This document shows, one piece after another, positions 1-12,710 of a stretch of 64,000 nucleotides of DNA; position 1 is the first letter of the stretch, and each line of letters starts with the position of its first letter. The translations under genes were made by a program, and so were the position numbers. The notes under the pieces are model-generated. The model saw only the letters and a list, made by a program, of their open reading frames with translations. It did no database searches and was not told the origin of the DNA. The stretch is from Raillietiella orientalis (lineage: Eukaryota). Location of the stretch: positions 2,728,001-2,792,000 of the forward strand of contig JAYWIR010000014.1 of assembly GCA_036172245.1 (NCBI GenBank), in the 5' to 3' direction.

Positions 1-3000
1 TTTCCTACGCAAAGGGCCATCTCTGTGAGATAAAAGCGAACTGAATATTCTCACGCACCTGGATGGTGTCATGGGCTACAGCCCTCGAACATTTTCCTTT
101 TTTTTTTTTTTTTTTGGGGGGGGGGGGGGACTTTCCACCGAATCAGATTTTTTGTTTCTTCTTTAGAGTCAACAAAAATATCGGCTACGAAAGTCCCTCC
201 TCCCTTCCCTTCCCGATCGAAATCTGAGAAACCCACACGAGCGTGTAATGGGCGTCACAACGAACAGGGGGCCTGCCCATCTGCATTTCGTTTCCCAAAC
301 TCTCCTCCCGAAGAAACATCCAAAGGGAGCATCTGCAACCTTTGGTTGCAGGCAAGAACACGAGTGGTAAGAACACGAAGAGGAGAGAAACTCTCTTAAT
401 GAGACTCAGTAGAGTGTGTGCTCTCTGAGCAGCTCGCATCACGGACGAAGAGCGGTCCTCTGCATGGGGAAACAAATCCAATCTTCGTTTTCCTCTCACG
501 GTAGAGCGTGCAGCGTTTGGGACTCTTCGCGAAACGGAAGAGGCGTGCTTTTCTTTGGTCACATTTGCCCACTGGGGCTGGTTAGTGTATTCTCGGTACA
601 GCAGTAAGTACCTCTTCACACGTTTGTTAGAAGGCAGGCTCAGAGTCACTATTTTTGGTATACACGGTGCTCTCCTTCCCCCCCTCCCCTCCCCCCCCCA
701 AAAAAAAAACACACACACACACACACTCTCCGTGTGTCCCGGCGCACACCAGAGAAAACACAGAAAGCAAATCGAGACGTCAGACTTGAAAGATTTTTTC
801 GTCCGCAAAGTTAGGAGGGATGGCACTCTCCTTGATTGCCAAGCCAAAGTTCCAGCCTGAAAACTCCCAACTCTTAGAGCCCAGCCATCACCCTCGGAAG
901 GAAAAAGCTCCTCGAAACGTTACTCAAAACGGACACAGCATCACTCCTACACACCAAGCAACTCAAATGCACCGTAGAAGCTTCACAGTGCAGATGCTTT
1001 GCAGAGGCTTCATTATCTGGGTTTTATAAATTAATCCATTTATTTTTCTTACGTATTCTTTAAAAAAAAAAAAAAATGAACATCTTACCACCAAGTGGCA
1101 TCTAACAGCTTTAAAAAACAGCAAACCAGAAAGATTCTGAGCCACTGTTTTCTATTTGACACCATTTCCTTCTTTGCTTGCCATTTAAATTTCTCTTAAA
1201 GCTTTCAAGTAGAAGTCTTCCTTAAATTTCTATTTCAGTTCACATATTTCTGATGATATCACCACACCATTAGTTCATTAAACACTTTCAATGAATACTT
1301 TGACATCACAGTTTCCAGATTGCCTGCAAGAGCTATGCGTTTCGTATCACACAACGCCAAATGGTCCATACATATTTTAATGACAACTGATCAATTGATG
1401 ACGATTCTTTCCTGTCTCTCAAACAAACGAAAGCTTTGCTGAGGAAGCATTGCTACATCTGAATTCTGAAAACTCGACACATCCATCCGCTGACCGGAAA
1501 ACATCTAAACATCCAGTGCCATTCATTCTATAAGGACGGATTGTTCCTATGAGTTTTATTACCCTCTCCAGCTAGATTGCTGATAGCAGATTACGATTCT
1601 TAGACGTAATATAATACATCGAGATAATAAAATCATATTACTGTTTGTCGGGATCTGCAGTCATGTGAGTCACTTGGAGCAGTAATGATCCTCGGGACAA
1701 AAGAAATCATTGTAATTAAAAATTTTCTCTCTGCTCGTCGAATGTATTTTGAATGAAAGATTAAACAGAGGGACAGAGGAAGCATAAATCCTTCTTGCAT
1801 CGAGATAAGTGTCTCCGTCGTACCGTATATTTACTTTACTTTGTGTAAGTGCAAAATGATGAAATATAAAAGCGTATTAACGAGGCCTATCGCACGAGAC
1901 CCCCCCCATCCAAACATGGCGGCGAAGAATGGCCTTTCTAAAAATAGACACCATTGTCGCCGTCCCTGTTCGCCTTTATTTTTAGGCAAGCGGGAAAAAA
2001 ATTATTCCGCATACACTCCATGCAAAGATAAAATAATAATAATGATGATGATGATGCAAAAAAAAAAAAAAAAATGAAAACCAGGGATCCGGAAATTTTC
2101 TGGGGGAATACGAAAATCATCGCCTTGATAGCAGATCTGCAGATGCCGTCTGCTCGAAAAGTTACTTCTTTAGGGGTGTCATGAAGCGAACTCGACGACG
2201 CTCTTGAGCAAAACGTTTCAATGGACTTTCGGTGCTTTGCAGAGAGAGATCTGGAAATTTCATTTCACGCAAGGAAAAAGGAAAAAAACAGCAAGAAAGG
2301 GGGGGGAAAAAAAAAAAAAACTCAAACATTTTGTCTCTCGAATTACCTACCGCTGGGACGGAAAAACCTTACGATCAATGAATGTCGGTAAGCATTGGTT
2401 ACGATTTAATCAGAGATCTCGATAGCGATTTCGGGAAGCTTTCGTATGAGCTACAAAACCAATTTTTGGATTGAGGGTTTTTTTTTTTTTTTTGCCTCTT
2501 CTAGTTTTATTCATCTTTCAGCATATAGATCAAGATATTCACCGTCTGAATGTTTGTTTTCGCTGCTTTTCTCACTTGGCGGTAGAATGCACATTCTAAA
2601 AACACATGAGCGAAAACGAAGTTGCGGTGGGCCAAGAAAAAAAAAAAAAACGGAAAAAATTTCGAGACGGCCGGTCGAAAAAGTAACACCACCATTTGTA
2701 CAGGAGCTCCGAAGCAACGGAAGAATCCACGGCTTCGGTGTCTGTGGACTGTAACGGGAACGGTAAAATTTCCACTCGGCTCCTCTAAGCGTGGATCGGC
2801 GTCACCGAACACTGAGAGTGGCTCCTCGGCAGACCAGGTTGCTGTGGATTCACGAAACCCACCGCCACTCCACGATTCGCTGCTGCCTCACACAAAGGGG
2901 ACACTGTGCACAAAAGTATTTCCTCTCCTGCTCACTGCATATGCAATCCTCCTTTTCATAATTAAATTGCGCGCGGCTAATCACGCAAGATGACCTATTG

Positions 3001-3099
3001 TCGCGGTTCGGTTTATGGAATGACGGATTAGGGCTCGTCTGCCCATCCTGATATTTATTACATCGTAAACAGGAAACTATCTTTCTTATAATCTACACT

Positions 3100-6000
3100 A
3101 ACAGTTTCTTCCCTCCCGTTTTATTCTTCCTTCTCACATGAGTTGGATTTTTATTTTCCCCAATCCCTACTCCCAGCTTCCTTGCGGATTCTGGAAACTC
3201 TCCAGAACGTTCCTTCCGCGCGAAAAGCTCGAAAGCAGGTTCGTGATTGCTGCATGTTCTGCCTTTTGTCCTGCGAGTGATCTGGGGACATTTCCAAACG
3301 GCGTGGATGCTGGAAGGTGGAACGTCTGAGCCGGGGGAGGGGGCGGAGGAACTTCGACAACCGCAAGATAACGAGCGGGAGGAAAGGAAAGCTGCGACGC
3401 AGCCGTTCCAGATTCTGTGCGTTCATTGCGGAGGATTCAGCTAGACCCCCGTCCGGTCCTTCCTCCGCTGTCCCTCTTCCGAGAGGGTGAGCGCGGGAGC
3501 GGGGATCGGTCTGCTGTGTGCTCTCCAGAAAGAAAGCACAGCAGCTAGATGGTCGAGAAACCACCTGAGGGTTCTCGACAGACGCACACTCTGTGCGGCT
3601 ACGTTGCCAAGGCGACAGCGAACTGCCGGCAGAGCAGGGCGAAGGCGAGGAGGCGTCGAGGGTCGGGCAAGACGATCTCCCGATAAGAAGTACCTCCACC
3701 CACGTGGGGGGCGCTTTCCTCGGAAGGAGGAAGGAGAGGTCGCGTCTGTGAAGACGAGAGAGCTAGCCGAAAATGCCGGTCCTCATGCGGGGGGCACGGA
3801 CCACGCGGCTGCGTTGATCCTCGGATGTTTACACTTTGATCTTAGCCAAAAGGTCGAGAAGCGATCCTCAGATGCTGGGATGCGCCTCTCCGTCATCGGG
3901 AAGTTCCGGGGGCGTTCAAGCAGCCACCCTGACCCCTCAGATAGGAGTGGGAGGGTCAAAGAGAGAGAGAGGTGGAGAGATCTCGTCTCTCTGTTTCACA
4001 GGGTCACGGGGATTCCCATAGTCAACTGACGAGGAGACACTGAAGACAGGAACCCTGAGGGAGATAGGGAAGGAACCTCTCCGGACTCTCCGGACGATGG
4101 CGAGAGCCAGGAAGGGAGAGCGGCGTCGGGAAAGAAGGAGCCGAAAGGGGCCAACAGTAGGTCTCGCTAAAGTGGCGGCGAATCGATGTGATCCGGCTCG
4201 AGGGGCCAGAGCACGCTTTCCGGGAGCGAAAGGAACAGAATCCCGCAGAATCGCGAGTGAAAGGGGAGCACCAGGGAGAATTTAGTGTGCCCGATGCGGA
4301 AGGGGCTCGGACCCATTTCAGACCCCTCGAACGCGCCTTTCCTCCGCCCTCACTCTCTATCATCACCGAAGAGGGAGGGAGGAAGGGAGGGAGGAGGAGG
4401 AGGAGGAGGCGCGCGGCCGACAGACAAGCAGGAAGGGACGAAGAGAGGGGCAGGAGATGTCCTGAAGGCTTTTACTGCCTCGAAAGGCTGCAGGAGAAGC
4501 TGCAGCCGGGAGACCAAACGTCTGGGTGACCTTGCTCCGACCCCACTTGCTCTGCCAGGACCCACTGGCGGAAAAAAAAAAGGGAGGGGAAAGAAGGGGT
4601 ACCCTTCCCTTCTGTGCCGCCTGGATTCCTCTCGGAGCGCCCCAGCCTGCGCTCCGCTTCAGATCTCGAGAAGGGAGGTGAAAGGGACCAGCAGCGCCCT
4701 CAGCGGTCGCTGCGGAAAGCAGTTGAAGAGGGCCGTTCCAGGAAGCGGCGGGAGCTGAGCTTGCAGCAAGGGGAGAAGGGAAGGGAGGGTCTGAGGGACG
4801 ATGCCCCGAAAAACGGTGGAGGAAGCATGGGCGGAGAACTCGACTGAAAAATCCCGCTGACGAGGGAGGGTCCCTCGTGCGTCGGAACCCCCCTCCCCCA
4901 ACGCTTCCTCCTCAGTTGGGAGCGGATGATCTTCAGTCAGGAAGAGCGCAGCTGCGGGGATCTCTGGACTACCGTCGTTGTGCGCACGGGGAGGGGAGAA
5001 GCGCGAGGCCGCTCCTGGGAAGGAAACCAAGACAAGGGATTTTCTCTTCTCTTCCACCTTCCGGACATCCCACGCAAGGGACGGGAATCCCCCTGTTTGA
5101 CGGGAGTTCCGCGCATCCCCCCTCCAGGGACCTCCCGCAGCCCGAAGCCGTCTGGAGTGTGCGGAGACGGGACTCCCAGTCTCCGCAGATCCCCCGGCCA
5201 CCATGCGGACCCCCACCCTCTTCCAGACGCTCGTCGACACGTGTGGCGGGAGGGACGTGTCCAGAGTCCTCCGAGAGCGTGGGTGGAGGGCAGGTGGAGA
5301 GGGATAACCACAGAGGCGAGGTCAAAGGGTCGTTCCCTCCTCCTCGACCTGCTTTCCTGGATCCATTGACGCGGGAGGAGATGCCCATGAGGGACTTCCC
5401 TGCTTCTCCGAGAATCGGTCGGTAGCCTCACGCCATCCCAGAGAACACACAAAAAGGTGCGGTCCCAAATCCGCTGGCGGGGAACCACGACTGCCCCTGG
5501 TGAGCCACCCTCGACCTCGGTCTCTGGTCCAGCTGTACCTTCCGGCCCACCCGCCTCCGCACCCCGGGCTTCCCATCGTCCGTTTTTTCCGTCCGACGAG
5601 TCGCCCTCCGACCCTGTGCGGGGAAGACGACCGGGCGCTCCTGGCCCGCGCAAAGATGTAGGATGGAGGGCGGCCTGCCCATCCCGTCCCGCCACAGCCG
5701 CCGCGGCTCATCCTCACTTCGCGCCCGTTACTTCCGGTGCGAGGCACAGCCCGGAGCTCCCTTGGATGACGACGCCCGCGGCTGCGGAGCAGCCGCTATT
5801 ACCGGAGGCGCGCGCGCGTCTCGCGGATGGGGGCGGAGCAGGAGGGAGGGGGAAGCCGTCGAAGTGTGTGTCGCTCCCATGGGAACGGCGGCGCTCACGC
5901 GCGCCTCGGCCGCAGCGCGGAAGGCGAGAAAACGCCTCAGGGGTTTCCGCCCAAGGGGACCGATCCAAGCAGAGAAGGGGGAGGGGGGGAAGGCACCGAT

Positions 6001-9000
6001 CCTGAACGTCTTCCCACCGCAATCTGTCCCCTGCGGGCCGCGAAGCAGGAGGTCGCGCAACCTCGACAGGGATGCCCTCGAGTTTTTCCGCCATTTCCTA
6101 GGGAAACCACGGAAGATCCACACCGAGCATGCAGCTCCCCCACCTCCATCCAATTCCTCTGGCCGAGTCCCTCCGTCCCGGAAGTGAGGTCTCCAGATCC
6201 GCAGCTCTGAATGAGATCTCCCGTGCTGTCGGGGGAGTCACCCTCTGGAAGGAGTCGCCGGCTACGGGAAGATCAACGGGAGCGCGCTCGTGGCGCAACA
6301 CAGCCTCCTTCCTTTCATCTCGGTCCCCTCTTTCCCATTCCCTCTTCAGAGCATCCTCGATGCACCGGGGTCTTCTCTCTGAGCTTCCCCAAATGCTCCG
6401 GCAAAGTCTTTCCCCGGGACTCGGTTGCCTTTTTCTCCCGCTCCCTGTGTTCTCTCCCTGAGCGCGCAATCCGCAAAGGGAACCGCATCCAATGGCGCTG
6501 GTCCATACAGTGCTCCAGCGGCTCTCGAGCTGCTGATTCTTCGCTCTCGAGCGACGGATCGCACACGGCTATCCCCGTCCTCCCTTCCTCTCTCCCCCCT
6601 TCTACACGAGGCGTACTTCAAGGTGCGGTGGGTTCGCGAGGGTCGGACCGGCAAACATGCGTCGCACTTTTCGGGACGCTTTTCGCTGTCTCGGCAGCAA
6701 CCGCACCTCCGCTGAGCCGCCAGTGCACCAAGCGAGGAATATCTTCCCATAGGTCTTCTCAGGTCAGCTTCCCCCTTCCGTGCGGAGCAAGGCAAAAGCG
6801 ATAGGAGCGAAGCGCACACCGGAGGCAGCCGGAAAAAACAGGGGGGAAAAAGGAAAAGCAAAAAAAAAGGCAGAGTGAGCGCACATCATTAGTCCGCACG
6901 CCGACCACTTGTGGCGCACGCGGAGAGAATGCGAAGAAGCTCAACGCAAAACACCCGGGAGCGCTGGGACGCGCCAGGTAGCCCGTAGCTGGAGCCCCAC
7001 GGCGCAGACCTGCCTCTGCGTTCCGATTCTCAGCGAGTGCTGGCAGGAAAAAAATGGCAGTGGTCGTTAAACGGATCATCCCGTGACCCGGGCGCAGCGA
7101 AACCTCAGCGTTTCAGAAGGCAGCAATCACGCAGCCACTTTGCAGATGATGCCGGGCTGTCATTCCAAATAGGAAAATTTCGAGCTCTCTGGCCGGAAAG
7201 CCTAGGCATCCGAAATTCCGAAGCCTTCCAAGCAGCGGAAGAGTCCCATCAGCTGCTTTGGAGACAATCCGGATCCCGTTCGTGGTGTCTCTGCCATGCG
7301 TTTTCCGTGCGTAAACGGCGACCCCGATATCCCCCTCGCCTTTTCCCCTTGCACACGCTTTGTTTCGATCGACGGTTGCCCATTAAAAAGGCAGGCGCAT
7401 TCTTTGGGGACCTTTGCCAAACCCTCCCCGCAACATGAATTCGAGCCACCTCAACAGTTTTCTTTTTTTTAAAAAAAAACAAAGAAAAAGGAAGGGGAGA
7501 AAGGACAAGAGAAGAAAAAGGCGTAACAGAAAACTGCCATTTTTCTCGTCTGGGCTGCACTCTGGGTTCGCGAGGGTCGCTGCAGCCGCACCTTGACGGC
7601 TCTCGCCCAGCATCGTTGAATCTCCCCGCTGAGCCTCTGGGAAGAGCGTTGTTGGAGAAGAGGCGACGGAGGAAGATAGAGAGGGAGGGGGGGCTTCCGA
7701 TCGAGTAGAACGCACCAGGTAAGCAAAAAGCAGAAAGGTCACAGAAGTAGGATGTTGTGAGCCCTCGCGGATCGCAGCAGTAAAAATTCGGCTGCATTTT
7801 CGTCCTCTTTGGGCGAAATTGGGTTCTCTCCTCTCTCTCTCTCTCTCTCCCCCCTCCCTTTCTCACTCACTCGCTCTCCTTTTTTTTTCTCTCTTTTCTT
7901 TTTCCCTGTTTCTTCTCCCCATAAAGTGTCCACCACGTCTTGGGGCTCCTCGCTATTTAAATCGGCCAGACGAATCCCAGATTACTGGAAATGACCAGCG
8001 AGCTTACAGTCTTACCAGATGATGCGCGCTTTTTTTTTTTTCAAAAGTAAATGTGCGCGCTCGGTTTTCTGCGGGGCACGTCCGCAAGACTTTCTCGTTT
8101 GGTCGCAGCGTTTTACGAAAGGTGAAAACGAAATGTCTGTCTTTTGCGGTAGGGGGGGGATCTCTCTTTTCTCTGTCTCTCTCCAAACTGCTTGATTGTA
8201 AACTATTCTGATGGCTTCTGGCACACGCCAAGAGAATGCGCGCCGCAACGCAGACGCCTAGGCTGCGCGAGGTGGGATGGCAAGTAGCTCGTAGCTGGAA
8301 CCCAACGGCGTACACGCGTCGCTGAGTTCTGCTTAGGGGATTCGACCTTCCTAGGGGGAGTGGTTGACTTCGCTCCTCTCCTCCCTTTTGAAAATGCTGG
8401 AATCCACTGGTCTGCATGGTGTGCTTTTTATTTGCTCTTCCTGAAAGTCGGCCGGAAGAAAGGAGAAAAGGAGGGAGGGGCGAAGACAAGGTTACACCTT
8501 GAGTTCGTGAATCCAGCTTCGACCTCCTTTGCAGGCCTAGCTGCTGTGGATAACTCCCCCTTCTCGATTGCGCTCCTCAGATTTCCAACATTCTGCTGCA
8601 TCTCTCTCTCCTTGGAAACCGATCGTCAGTCGCTGACGTTGCACACCCAGAGACAGAGAAAATTCTCCTCAGCCCCACGCTTCTCTTTCTGGCCCCTTCC
8701 TACCTCACCCCGCTTGCGCAGCGCTCCTTCACCCCCCTCGACCTATGCAGCGGTCTCATCCCTCGCAATAGAGGAAAGTCTTGCGGGGCCTTGTCCTCAG
8801 GCTCAGGTTTTCCAAATGTGCCGCACGGCGAGGATGGCTCTTTCACCTCGTGACTGGCGCGCAGCGGGGTCGACGGACAGCGGTGACACAGGCTGGGTGA
8901 ATATCCGATGGCGTAGAGGAAATCCCGGAAGGATGAAACGGTGACTTCGGAGAGATGGCGTGCGCGGCGCGCACCGCATTCCCGTCGGGAAGCGTCGGCG

Positions 9001-11300
9001 AGCCACTTGGAAGCTAGAAGCCCGCAGAATCGCGGATCCTGCGCCGCGGAATCTCCCTTTGTGCTTGACAGAGATCCTCGCAGAGCCCTACGGCGAATGG
9101 GACTTCAGCAGTCCTGCCTCGTCTTCCTCAGAGTAGATCGGGGAGGGAATTCTATGCACTGAGCGCTCTTCTTCTTCTTCCATTCTCTCTCTGATGACTT
9201 GCAGTCAGCGGCGATTGGCACCTTCCGGTTCTCATCTTCCATACGTGCTCGCTCTCACTTATCCCAGCTTCTCTCTGTTCGCCTTTATTTTTGATTTCCT
9301 CCTTCCTTCTTCCTTTCAAATGAGTGACTGTAAGGGAGCTCGCCGAGGGCTTTCCTATTTGAGGAAGCCGATCGATAAATCTGCTCACTCTGCGCTTCTT
9401 AGGATGCTCAGCACTCCTCCCCGTCTTCAATAAAGGCTGAAAACTGGACCGAGGGTCATCAGAAATTTTCCCTCTATCTAGCTGAGTTGCGGTCCAAACT
9501 TGCTAAGTGATTGCAATCATCCACGTTCCTCGTTCTCACCCCCCTTTGCCGATGATCCAAGTTTCCCGATTTCCCCTATTGCAGGGAAACTCCTCGGAAA
9601 GTTTTTCGGTATGCCGAGCACAGCTTACCCCTTCCAGGCACACAACTCTTTGCGTGATGGCAACAGCTTCTCGCAATTCACGGGTATCTTCTACTGATTT
9701 GGAATCACGTCGAGATTACGCGATGATTCCATTGTGGACGCCTCCTCTGTTTTTCGATTAAACTCGGAAGGAATTGGTTCCTGGCTTACCAATAGCATCC
9801 ACATTCTTGGCAAGAATTCGAGATGCACCGGTCTAGGAAAACGTCTCTGAAATCAACTTCTGCGGTTAAACGATCGTCTGGCTGCTCTACCCAAGAGGTA
9901 TCTTCCTGGACAGGCTTTTCCGTTTACAGCAGAGATGAAAGGATGTTTGTGAGAAAGAATGATCCTTCTTCCCTGGAAGGGAAAGACGCCTTGCGCCTTT
10001 TCCGATTCTGCCCCAAAATCTTATTGGGAGACGTGTTCCTTATTGTCCGTTATTTCCATAACTGCAGGGCACAGTTCAGTCGCATGCCCACCGGCGCTTG
10101 CCGTCTCGCCAGCTAGTTAATTTGGTACCTCGTTCGTGCTACTCGGAAAACAAGGAAACCCGACTTCCCTACTCCTCGCTAAGGCGCTGCTAACAAAGCG
10201 ATTCTCCTTACCTTCTCCTTCACCACAGGAGTACTAGAAAGCACACGTTTCCGAGCTTGAGTCCTGCCATCGGGTGGTGCCAGACAATCAAACTTGTAGA
10301 GGACTTGCAGCGTTCTTTTACTTCACTTTTGTTCTCAAGAATGGTTGTAAAAGACCAAATTTTCTTGTGGGGACTTTTCGCGGTTCCATGACACCCCCAT
10401 CCAAAAGTCACACCGTTTTATCAAGGTGAGCGTTCCGAATAGCCTCGTCGGTGCGATGGCACTTTTGGATTTTCTTCCATCAACCTCTTCAGGATTCACA
10501 ACGGAGTCAGCTTGGTAAACTTCTGAGCCTAAACTTTGCTAGAGTGCTGGGAATAGTCAAATGCACATTGATTTACTGGAAGAGTTTCGTAGAATAGTGG
10601 GAACGTGTTCAGGCAAATGCACGTCTCTTCACTCACTTCTTGCAAAGCAGCATTCGACTGGCAACGGGCCTACTCTTCAGTCCATGCGAAGGATGCTTCT
10701 GCAGAGCATGAGAACACCGTCTAAAAGTTGCCGGTAGCACAGGAAAGGGGTGTTTAACGAGATCGAAACTTCGAATTCCAAGTCACTTCGCAGCAGAGTT
10801 CATACGGAAGTTTCGAAAAAAAAACCTGGAGTTTGACAACTCCCTCTTCCTTGAGTATTCGAAACGCTCTGAAACATGATCCTGCTGAGGCTGTTGAATT
10901 TTGCCTGCTAAGGGCCTCCAAACGGCAGGACAATGCGTAAGTGTGTGTGTGTGTGTGCTCTTCATAGCCATTTGGTCACTTCGCATCCACATTTGAAAGT
11001 AGAGAGTTGAGGAGAGCTTCGCCGAATCTAGAATTCTCGCGATCTCCATGGAAATCGTAATGGATCTTAGTGACAGCGAGAACGGCTGCCTGGCTTAACC
11101 TCGTTTGCTTCGTGAGTGCCTTGACATGGAAACCAGAATTTCGGCAAGTTTTCGAAGCTTGGGACTTTTCGCAGCGAGCGAGAGAAATCTCTCGGACCTG
11201 CCTGGGACTTCACAGACAGTCGGTGACCACAGCACCTCGAGCCATCCCACTCACGTAACCAAAGCACGCAAATCGAGTGACCGTGAGATCTTTGTTTGTG
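3100..11300. mobile_element. GC-rich block, probably heavily decayed non-LTR retrotransposon debris of mixed orientation
   Basis: Abrupt GC-rich island with many shadow ORFs but no coherent gene. Scattered RT-like peptides: minus ~6260-6000 PTAREISFRAADLETSLPG...GFPRKWRKNSR (resembles the pre-RT 'ITxxEI...SAPGPDG...PxxWR'); plus ~7130-7230 SHFADDAGL...WPESLGI (FADD-like); minus ~10500-9850 VNPEEV...KSA, GFRVART. Boundaries approximate. Confidence 0.3.
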
Positions 11301-12121
11301 GATAAGAGACCGGGTGTTATTCCCTGTTTTACTTGCTTCCTTTTCACAGGAACGGGAATTAATGACTTAAAACAGTAAGAGGAAGCATGGACATTTGAAT
11401 GCGTGAAAAGTCATCGATCATGAATTCTGTACGCGTGGATCATGGCGAAGCGCTCATCTTACCGAAATGTGAGAAAGAAATTGATTCCCGGATGAATGAA
11501 TTATTGGAAGAAAAAAAAAAAGCCACTCTCTTATTACCTCAATTTGCACAGGAATTACTCTGACTGTATCTGTATTTCGTGCCATGCATCACACCGTGCT
11601 AAACAAAACTACGTATAATAGCATGGTCACAGATTCCTGAAATACTGCACAAAAAAAAAAATATAAATATAAATATATAATGCTGAAATCCTCTTAATAT
11701 AAATCCTGAACCATATTGTCCTATCCCCGAGGATCTCAAAAGCAAAACAAAACACAATTAAAATCAGCCAATGTAGAAACACCCGGGAATAATGTGTTTA
11801 ACTTGCTTTAGTGCGTTCGCAATTAACATTATGAAAACTCAAAGTTGGCTTGAAGTTGGCTGCACTCATTCCAATAAATGGCAAAGAAAATGAGAATGGC
11901 TGCAATGATCCTGAAAACTGAGAACCAACCTAATTTATGTAAGATACCAATACGGATGGAAGTCGTTCGAGTTCCTTTTTTTTCATTGAAACGAAAACGA
12001 AGTTTGACGTCACTTGCGCAATAACAACGCGCGTCACGTATTCCAGAATAAAACAGGATTGCCATATCAGGATCAAAATCCTGATAATCATAATGAGTTT
12101 CCATTCCAGGTTTCGGAATCA

Positions 12122-12710
12122 TGAGAATCATTTTAACTCCTGCTTTTTCTTGAAGTTGTCTTATCATTTCGCCACCTTTTCCGATGACAAGACCAACTTT
12201 TGGTCCTGGGATCATCATTTCAATTGTTGTGAACCCGCCAACAGCACCTAAGGAACTATTTGACGGTATATGATCATTAGGTCCTCTCTGTTGAACAATT
12301 TGCATGATCATTTCCTTTGCACGATTTATTGCTTCACGACTTCCTTGGAGGGTACAATTTCTTTCTGGAAGACCATTGGAATCAGGTGCCATCTGAATTT
12401 TTGCACTAGATTCTGCTTGGAGTCTTGAAATTTGTTCTCCTCCTCTACCAATAATTAATCCAACCATTTTGTCTGGTACTTTCACTTCTTCGGTTATGAT
12501 TCCTCCCATTCCTGGATGTGGACCATTAGGAGGAAGATGTGAACTATTATTAGTAGTTGGGCCTCTCATAGCAGCTAGCTGAGCACCAAAAGGATCACTC
12601 ATTGATGCCATTTTTTTGGACTCTGGCTCTGAATTATCTTCCAATGGTCGCTTTGTTCCAACTCCTTCTCCAGAACCTGCCCCTCCACCTGGATTTATTT
12701 TGGCAGCAAT
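12122..12710 (-). pseudogene. FUBP1: Truncated far-upstream-element-binding protein (FUBP/KSRP/PSI family) fragment: N-terminal IAAKI/KRPLED segment, KH1 and the first half of KH2
   Basis: After an AG at 12711-12712 the frame reads IAAKINPGGGAGSGEGVGTKRPLEDNSEPESKK...ITEEVKVPDKMVGLIIGRGGEQISRLQAESSAKIQMAPD...IEMMIPGPKVGLVIGKGGEMIRQLQEKAGVKMIL, with GxxG KH loops typical of FUBP/PSI. Homology stops mid-KH2 at ~12122 with no GT donor, and the ORF runs on through unrelated sequence to a stop at 11829. No first exon (ALQRARQ) or KH3/KH4 is visible in the window. Confidence 0.75.

Noticed and set aside
93..130. Long T/G and other homopolymer runs throughout the window
   Set aside because: Ubiquitous low-complexity tracts with lengths sensitive to sequencing error; no structure beyond that.
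3138..9433. Numerous 100-250 aa ORFs as host genes
   Set aside because: Overlapping R/G/P/S-rich ORFs on all frames, as expected in GC-rich DNA; no recognisable domain or splice structure.
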